This document shows, piece by piece, positions 55,801 through 64,000 of a DNA stretch of 64,000 bases. The DNA is from Bugula neritina (Eukaryota > Animalia > Bryozoa). The DNA is taken from the NCBI GenBank assembly GCA_964035545.1, contig OZ037768.1, forward strand, positions 22,539,319 through 22,603,318, written 5' to 3'. A program made the position numbers and the translations under genes. The number at the start of each line of letters is the position of its first letter. Position 1 is the stretch's first letter. Under the pieces are notes generated by a model that worked only from the letters and a program-made list of their open reading frames with translations, had not been told where the DNA came from and searched no databases.

Positions 55801-56703
55801 CTATAAATTCAAATTTGAAAATTAAACTTTAATTAATTTAGTAATTAATAATTGTATGCTATTGAAAAATGTGTTTCATCCATCAGTATTCTTATTATTA
55901 ACATTTGAGTCAGCAATTGAATTTCATTTTACCTGATCAGCATAACAGCTGTTAGCAGGTTTAGAGTAACCTTTCTCATCAACTTTGAATCCATCATGTG
56001 ACCAATAGGAGTGATCAAATGTAAACTCATGTGGCTCAGAATCCGATCTACATATTTAAAAAATATTACTGCAATTCTATCTTGATGGTGTTTGATATCT
56101 CAAAAGTTTTTAATACTTGCAGTTTTATAAATGCTTATCTACTAGAGTTTAGTTATTAAATTTTTTATATTAATTGAACATCACTTTGTTTTCAGATACA
56201 ATTAAATGAAACGTAATAATACAATATGCATATTAATACTTATTATCATACATCAAGAATAAATTTTGTAGTGATGAGTTCACCCAGTGGTCCCCGTGGT
56301 GTAATGGTTTGCACACTTGCTTGCAAGCCGGAGGTCTCGGGTTTGATTCTCAGAAGGGGCAATTATTTTTCAAATTTAATTATACCCATAACTCTGAGGC
56401 TAGTGATACTGATAATCATAATGATAATGATAAATATACTCACTCTCAGCACTAAGTAAAGATTAAAACTTGATGATAATCTTCAGTAATAAAAAGATGC
56501 AAAACGCCCACACACAAAATGTTAAATCAATTACACTAAACAGAACTTGAAAACAAGGATTGCACAAATATACATTACCTCAAATCGAACAGAGTGGTTT
56601 TGTTATTTTTCATTTTGACTATGCATGGTGTGTTGGTTTGTATTTCTCTCTCATTAAATGGACGAACACGTACAACGACTTTTATGTTTTGTGAATCTGT
56701 CAT
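46861..56703 (-). CDS. KIF28: Kinesin-3 family motor, KIF28/KLP-6-like (motor domain + coiled coil + FHA + tail), 18 exons, ~921 aa
   Basis: Exons 56703-56579, 56047-55933, 55800-55668, 55442-55248, 54452-54245, 54135-54041, 53876-53709, 53224-53032, 52484-52297, 52066-51874, 51348-51200, 50787-50642, 50341-50198, 48965-48747, 48642-48574, 48210-48007, 47428-47348, 47001-46861 (2766 nt, open). Motifs: [23 protein letters not shown] (KIF28-type), P-loop [39 protein letters not shown] plus FHA (IVLSGPG...LHHNDR), DPYYEP. The last two exons are less certain. Confidence 0.88.
49031..50197. repeat. 24-bp minisatellite (TAGTTACTATACTGTATTATATAC), ~48 copies filling kinesin intron 13
   Basis: Highly homogeneous array starting exactly at the minus-strand donor (50197). 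Confidence 0.97.
54870..55213. repeat. 23-bp minisatellite (GCATAGAGTATTAGTACTACACT), ~14 copies
   Basis: Near-perfect tandem array in kinesin intron 4. Confidence 0.95.
56290..56361 (+). pseudogene. tRNA-derived sequence (SINE head or tRNA pseudogene, TGC at the anticodon position) in kinesin intron 1
   Basis: GTCCCCG-TGGTGTAATGG (A box)...GGTTTGATTCT (degenerate B box)...AAGGGGCA; 72 nt tRNA-like layout, but acceptor, anticodon and T stems are mismatched. Confidence 0.6.
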
Positions 56704-56827
56704 TATAAAAGTCTTATTAGAAGCCAAAAGTAGTTATTTAGTAATTTTATAATCTATTGTTTTACTTTTATCAAACCCTACGTGCTACGGAATAATATTA
56801 TGGCTATGGACACTATCAGTATGGTAT

Positions 56828-56920
56828 GGGTGTGACTAAAATGGGTGGCCACCCGGTGTCGCGGTCCGTGACACCCATTTTAGTCATAAGGGGGGGTTTT
56901 GACTAAAATGGGTGTCGCGA
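56828..56920. repeat. Putative terminal inverted repeat region of the MULE, with internal palindrome
   Basis: TGACTAAAATGGGTG at 56833-56847, its exact reverse complement at 56872-56886, and a third direct copy at 56900-56914. Confidence 0.7.
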
Positions 56921-57984
56921 AAAATTTTCGTTTTATTTTTACATTTTTAGACAATTGTGACCATTGAAATCATTGTTAAATTATTCTTCAGTAAATATTG
57001 AATATTTCACAATAATTTAAAACCAAAAATCGCCAACTTATCATAATAAAATTTAAAAAGTTAGAAAAACTAAAGTCTACCAAGAGTTATCTTTCCTTCG
57101 CAATCAATAGAACTAGTACTAGGTCGTAGTGGCGGTGGTGGTGGTAGTACTATAAGTATAAGTTATAAGTATTACTATAAGTATAACTAATTGCTACTAG
57201 TTGCAAAATGAATTTAAATTTTCATTTCAATTCACAGTTGGAATTATAAAATTAACTCAATGGTGAATGTGACAGTAGGCTACAGTGAGTAGGACTAGGA
57301 GTATGTCTTGCTCAGTCTAAGTGTAACTTCAAGTCTGCTAACAGCTATCTCAATTTGTTATGTCAACAGTCAATTGTAGTACCTATTTATACTAGGATTA
57401 ATTCTACCTATACAGTCAGTATGGGTATACAACGAATAAGCAATCATTATACGAGTAATGCTAAAAAGTAGAGTAAAACTACTATAGTACTAGTACTAGT
57501 CATACTAAATCTAATTGTTGTACTTTTAATTTCATAATTATAACTTTAACTATAAGACCTAGTATAGGATTTAAATTAATATTATAATCATAGTGGTTTT
57601 TACTATTAGTATTAGTATTCTAGAGTTTTACTATTAGTATTACACTTACTATTAGTATTACTATTAGCATTAGACTTATTGTTTTATTATTGTAGCATAT
57701 TCAACTATATCATTATATCCTTTAAGATTTTGTATTAGTACTATTATCAAAAATAATACTAATATATTAATGATTTAATAAATATAAAATTAGATAACTG
57801 ACCAGTAAACTAATATTTATTTTTAATTTTGTCAAGTTTTTTAAATTTATTGAATATTAAAATGAACATGATTGTTTTGTTTTACCTACTATTTTATACT
57901 TCTTCAAATATATGTTGCAACATGAAATGAACAAAATTATATTTATTTTCATATTCAATGTGGTTTAAAAAACTATTTTGCTGA

Positions 57985-58155
<171 letters not shown>

Positions 58156-59430
58156 ACTCACGCAAGTTTATAGTCACTATCACAGTGAGAAACCCCTGAT
58201 AAAAAGGGTTTTTGTTAGATCAAGATAAGAGCATGTTTAGATGAGGCACTGGAGAAATTATGACTGTATGCTCTTCCTAACATCACCAATGGCCTTTGTT
58301 GGGGTTCCAACCCTTGACTTCGTGTTCACTAAGCAAGATCTAGATCACAGCTGCTGTTTTAACTGTCACTTTAACACCATTAAATTTAGTTTATCAGAAC
58401 AACTCATAATTACAATGATGATTATGATAATGATGGTTAACTGTAGTGTATGATATGCCAAGCAATCTTCGATGGCTTGGGTTTTTTGCTGACCCAATAG
58501 GTAGGTAGGTTGGTGGGTGGGTGAGTAGGTAGGTAGGTAAGGTATGTAGGCTCTTTTAAAATTAGTTTTTATATGTTTAATGTAATTGCAGACATGTCTG
58601 GTAAACAATTATAGTTACACAAATTTAGTAACTCCATTGAAGAAAATTAAGGTGTATTTTAAAGAACTTCTTTTACTATAATTTAGTTTTTGCTAATATA
58701 TATTAATGTGATTACCAACTAGTATTGTAATATCACATGGGGTATATGATTATTACAATGGTTGTGAAATGTATTATATTCAAAAGCACTGTTTAATTTT
58801 TCTGCAATGCTTTTACTCAACTAATTTATTTTATTAAATTTTAGTTTATTTAGACTTCAGCTTGATTTACGTTCAGCAAACCACTAGGCTACTGTAATTC
58901 CTAAATGAGTCATCGTAGTTTCACGTCAAACAAACTCAATTTGCAAGCCAAATATCCTTGATCTAAATTCTAGATAATAAAGTGCACAAAGTCTAGAATA
59001 AGCATGACTGAGACCTAATTTCAATAATCTTTATTTCATGGAATTAAGGCGAAATTTGATAATTTGAATGATTGTTAATGACTAAATTATATTGAATAAT
59101 CAACATTAAACACCAATGATTATGAATTTAGTAGTATTACCTGTTGCAAGACTTTGGACAACAATTTTTGAATGTGGCATTTAAATAGTTTATTCGATTA
59201 CAATTATAATTTATTTACAACCAAAACCTATATAATATGAATGTAATATAATTGTTTAAAAAGACTTTTCTCAAAGGTCTTATGACAATACTATTGGAAA
59301 AAATGCTAAACAGGGCATTACAAAACTACAGTAACATTTGTATAGGCAAATATTAGTAAATGACATTTGTTGATTTAATGGTCTTGTTGAACAATGTTTT
59401 TAGTTATAGTTAAATGATTTTTAAAATATA

Positions 59431-61738
59431 CTACCTTGGAATTACTGTAATACCTTTTTGGTAGCATAACTGATGAACTTTTTTGAAATCTATCGATCCA
59501 TCTGCTACCACTGTATTAGAAAAAATACATCTATAGATTTTTGATTTCCTAATGCACATTTTGTCAATATGAAAAAAGTTGTGTTGGTGTTTAATAACAA
59601 AACTGTCAAATAAATTAAAATCTTGTTTACATCCAAAGCAGTTTGTTATGCGCCTACTTCTTCTAATAACTATGAATTCTAGATTAGTAGAGTTTAATTT
59701 GTTCGCAGTTGTGAGAGCTGAATTTTCACTAGATCCTTGCATTTTGTTAATATTTTTTACGGTTACACTACTATATCCATTTTCAGATTTGTTTCGGAAA
59801 ATACTCTTTTTGGACTGATTGCTATCTTTCTGTGCTCCACGCCTCTTCCTTGGCTTTTCATTTCTTTTTCTTCCTCCATATTTGTCGAGAATGTTTTTTA
59901 GCTTTGGTTTTGGTGTCAAGTTAATAGAGGAATAACTGCTATCTCCAGCATGCTGTGCAACAGCCACTATATGTGCACAGGTCATCAAATTTTTGTAGGT
60001 TTCACAGCTGCAGCATCGTTGAGAGTTGTGCCTTGATTTTATAGTTTCATATTGTGGTGAATTGTCAAGTTTTGAAACATGATCTTCACTGTTCCTAACT
60101 TGTACAACTTCTGCATTACTAGCTTTACTCATTAGCAAATTCATCACTTCATTTTCGTGCGAAATTTCTATATTCTTTTGATTATTAATTGTTCTAATTG
60201 GATCTAATTTTATGCCTTTCCAAGTATCTAATAAGATAAATTTTTTCGATATTCCAGATATTCCTTTTTTCATTTCCTCTAACATTCCATCAACCATTTC
60301 TTTTAGGCAGATGCAAAGGTTGGACACTGTTAATTTTTTTCCTTGAATGTATCTTTTGATCATTGCATTACATGACTCAGAGGCATTTGTTGTAACAAAA
60401 GTTGATTGCGCGAAATTGTATTCTTGGATCTTTTCATTAGAATTTACGATAAGAGAATCCCAGATTTGTTCGTTGAAATAGTGTATAAATTTGCAAACAC
60501 TTTGGTAGCAGTTGTTTCGACTAATATTCTGCCAGTTTTCAGTGGTGTTTTTTCTCTCTTCTTTCATTTTACTCTCTGTCTCTCCACTCAATTTTTGACT
60601 AATGTCATATAAAATAACCTTTTTTATGCTAGCTGGTATGCATAATTGAGTTAGCTTTCGTTGGATGTTATCGTACACATGTGAAAAACACCGAAATGCA
60701 TGTCTTTTAGGAAATATTTGAAGAGCCTTTAGTATTGCTTTTTCACCATCAGTTACAAATACTAATTGTCTATGTTGTAGCTTTGGCAACTTTCTGATGA
60801 GATGTTGGAAGAACACAGTGTAGCTACCACTATCCATTTTCTGAGTCAGCATCATTGGTCCAATTGTTATTGGGGATCCAGCAAATCGCTCATCTCTCAA
60901 TGTAAATATCACTGTGTACATGTTCGTTAGATTAAATGTAGTGTCCAGGTATAGTGGCCTCCTTAAGTTTATGGCACATTCTTCAAATATTTTCAATTGT
61001 TCCTTTGTATATAGGATGACTGTTAAATTTCCATCATCAAAACTAATTTGTTGGATAAACTGATCATGTGACTTTTGCGCAAAATACAATGCGTAAAGTG
61101 ACTCCACTGGATCTGCTTGTTTTTTGTTCCTAAAATTTCTTATTTGTTTTACATCTCTTGGCACTGCCCCTATTGTTCTTACTGTATGCAGTTTTTTAGT
61201 TATGGCAGATTTGTTGTATATTGTCACTGGGTTTTCGTTGCTATGTAGGCCTGTTGATTTGTCCTTTAGCTCTTGCAGCAATGCTTTGTCACTCGGAAAG
61301 AAAGGAACTGGTCTTTTAGAGTTTCCATGGGGTTTGACAATAACTTTACTTTCAGATGCATTGTCAAACCTATATTGAATAATTAATAAATCTAAAAAGC
61401 TTCCATCTCTTTTCTTAAAAGTTATTTCCGTTTTCTTCAACCCCTTATTGCCTTTGCAAACAAAGCTGTTTCTTCTGCTTGACATGAAGTGTTTTCCATT
61501 TACTTGAGTGGCTCTGGAATTTGTTTTTATCCAGACCCCACAGCCATCTCTTCTCATTTCGTAAATATCAGCATTTACTACATATATAGCGCTACAAATA
61601 ATGCCATTTAATCGTTTATGGGTCACTACTTGCTCGTAAGTGATAGTGTCTTCTATTAGTTTGTTGGTTAGCTCTATGGCATGTTCAGTGGTTATCAGTG
61701 TGTCAGTGTGCAGTGCTGGCACATTTTGATGACATGAC
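59431..61738 (-). CDS. MULE (Mutator-like) DDE transposase exon with SWIM zinc finger
   Basis: Stop-free 2.3 kb exon. D1 YLDTTFNL (~60945), D2 FVTDGEKA (~60750), CxxH RCFSHV, E in TTNASESCNAMIK (~60378), SWIM CSC..YKNLMTCAH, basic NLS GRKRNEKPRKRRG, C-terminal CxxC (NCFGC). Acceptor ttttcag immediately upstream of 61738. Confidence 0.9.
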
Positions 61739-62013
61739 CTGAAAATAATAAAAATATATTTATTTTTATTTTAACTGTCAGATAATTCTTAACTATTTTG
61801 ACCACAGGCAACATTGATTATATAAATAAAGTTATGTTGTATGCCTAGAAATCATATGAATTTTAGGTATGTTATTATTACAATTGTGTCATATGTTGCC
61901 ATTGCATGTTACAATATGGCCTTTCAGTAGCATGCATGATAAACCAATCAATCTTACAAAGAGTAACAGTTACAATCTAAAATTACAGAAATTATTTCTT
62001 TTCCAAAACTTAC

Positions 62014-62649
62014 ATTCTAGTGAATTGGCCATAAGTTTTGAACTTTACTTCAGCATCTGCTTTTTCTTGTATGTTGATAGGCATATGATGTTGCGGAGAT
62101 CTGGTCATTGCTGTGCACACAACAAAATGGTCTGGAACTAAACTATTCTCGTCTTCAACATATCTACCAGCAGTAGTCCAACTGAGAATGATTTTGTCAT
62201 CACTATTTTCATTGAGCCTTAGAAGACAGTTCATATATCGTGGTGGTGTTTGAACAGGGTATATAATTTGTACATTTATTCCTAAAAGATGAGCTATTGC
62301 AATTATTAACCATTGACTGCCATATTCCCCATTTCTCATAATTTCGATAGCGTGATCTTGCATCAGCAATTTAGACAAATTTTCTGCACCGAAATCCAAA
62401 TTACCTTGTGTCATGGCACTAGCAAGTAGAGCACAATATTCATCATCATCAAGCTCAAAGCCAAACCATTTACTCAGGTTATTTCGATTCATTATAGTGT
62501 CCATGCTGTTATATAAGTGTACACATGCCCGAATACGAAGTTCTACATGGCTCTTTTCATCTGAGTAAAGAGCACAACTCAGCGCTCTGAACAAGCAATT
62601 CCCATCACCGTTAGTTTTAATGGCTCTAATATCATCTATTCCTATTTTC
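62014..62649 (-). CDS. OTU-like (vertnin-type) cysteine protease/deubiquitinase domain exon of the transposon gene
   Basis: KTNGDGNCLFRALSCALY..H.ELR, GEYGSQWLIIAIAHLLGINVQIIYP and PDHFV: OTU Cys box (Cys ~62597) and His box (His ~62129). Acceptor ttttcag upstream of 62649; donor AT|gtaagt at 62014. Confidence 0.85.
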
Positions 62650-62854
62650 CTGAAAAATATAGTTTTACATATACATACATACATGCATGCATACATACAT
62701 ACATACATACATACATGCATACATACATGACACATCTCATTTTTAAAAATAAAATTATCATTAGGTATTATAATTTAGATTATTATACCCTTTTCTCTTG
62801 CATGGAATTATTTAATAATAGTTATTTTAATCGATTCATTTTTTGTCGATTTAC

Positions 62855-63651
62855 CTCAAATATTTGTTGGTAATCTCGTCATCACATGTATTTCCCGTCT
62901 CACTTTGTAAACGGTTTTCTTTTCTCTTCTGAATAGTGTTTATCTGTAGAAAATCACCAATAAAATCATTGAAATACACTTGGTTGGAAATTCTCTATTC
63001 AGACAAAAATTCTTTGGATTTTGTTAGCAGCAAAGAAAGAATTATAAATTTAAAAATTAATTGCTACCAAAAGTTGGATCTAAGGCATTCGATTATTCCA
63101 GACAATGTTTTATTTTAAAATAATTGAATTTATTTAAATTGAAAATATTTGTGAAATTACTGCAAATTCTTTTAATTATAATTATTGTCAGTTTGAGAAT
63201 TGTTTTTCACTGCAGGTTGACGTTTACCTTTTGGACTATCTTGGGATCAAGGGCTCTGCCAGGCTCACTCAAAGCTACTAGCTGGGTCTGAATTTCTTGA
63301 AATTGCTTTTCTCTAATGTGTGTAGATGGTTGGTCATCTTGTGTCTTTAGAAAATAACAAGCGCACATGATGATTGTTTTTCAAAAAGGTCATATAATGT
63401 AGCCTACATAGCTTTAGCTGCTTTATTTTGGGTGAGTTCAAGTAAATTATATTATATTGAGGAACATTATATTTTTAGCTTGTCCAAGTTGTTTTTATGG
63501 GAAGGCTTATTTTGTACAAAAATGGTACTAAATTAATTTATATAGTACTAAGGCTTTTGGTTACCTTCTGAACAACAGAAACTTCTTCAATTTCTCTAGA
63601 AGCTACAGGATTTTCGTCAATGTTATGGCTTTGTTGTTCTTCTTCTCGCAT
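62855..63651 (-). CDS. Three small upstream exons of the OTU-MULE gene (acidic/polar N-terminal region)
   Basis: 63651-63565 (MREEEQQSHN...VVQK), 63344-63228 (TQDDQPSTH...KIVQK), 62943-62855 (INTIQKRK...NKYLR). All open, GT-AG, and phase-compatible with the OTU exon. The true start may lie further upstream. Confidence 0.65.
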
Positions 63652-64000
63652 CTATAAAAAATGATCAGGTTCATGTTCAAATTAATATATTTAGTTGAAA
63701 TATATCCATATAAACTAGAATTTTATTACAAAAAAATAAATGAGAAACATTGTGTTTTTACTTTATTTGCATAAAAGCCAAGTAAACTATTTTGTTTTTA
63801 TATAAAAAATTAGTCTATTTCTAACATGTTATATGTATATTATGTTTCACTTTATGGCACCAATTCTATGCAGGTTAATGATCACGTGAAAATTAAGGTA
63901 TATTATGTATTATATAGTTTAATAAATAATTTTATATTTACACCCACTGTGTTTCCAGTTGCCTTTAATGGTCTACTTAGATATAAGCACAAGTTTTACG

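Noticed and set aside
56290-56361. Functional tRNA-Ala(TGC) gene
   Set aside because: Acceptor, anticodon and T stems are mismatched and TTCG is replaced by TTTG; kept only as a tRNA-derived remnant.
56799-56813. RFX X-box-like motif upstream of the kinesin
   Set aside because: Only one half-site resembles the consensus; too weak to call.
59431-59435. Transposase stop codon possibly being a splice donor (CCA AG|gtagta) leading to further exons
   Set aside because: No convincing in-frame downstream exon found; left unresolved and the ORF stop was used.
62650-62735. N-terminal MCHVCMHVCMYV extension of the OTU ORF
   Set aside because: It is an intronic (ATAC)n microsatellite upstream of the real acceptor at 62650.

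Overview
AT-rich, intron-rich animal (invertebrate-type) nuclear DNA, not prokaryotic; most ORF-track entries are exon fragments or repeat artefacts. Hand-splicing with GT-AG sites and phase checks gives four host genes and one transposon gene. (1) + strand, 6409-26280: 27 visible exons of an alpha-2-macroglobulin/TEP-family gene of the Mcr/TEP6 (CD109-like) type. It has an LDLa module, no thioester and a hydrophobic C-terminus; its 5' exons were not found in the window. (2) - strand ARL4-like GTPase (3 coding exons, 200 aa). (3) + strand HIRA (24 exons, ~1017 aa). (4) - strand kinesin-3 of the KIF28/KLP-6 type (18 exons, ~921 aa). (5) From ~56.8 kb to the window end, a Mutator-like (MULE) DNA transposon whose terminus lies ~125 bp upstream of the kinesin ATG. 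Its spliced gene joins an intact OTU-type cysteine-protease exon in frame to an intact DDE/SWIM transposase, the most notable item here. Introns carry many minisatellites, several seeded on the splice donor itself, plus MITE-like inverted repeats and a tRNA-derived remnant.
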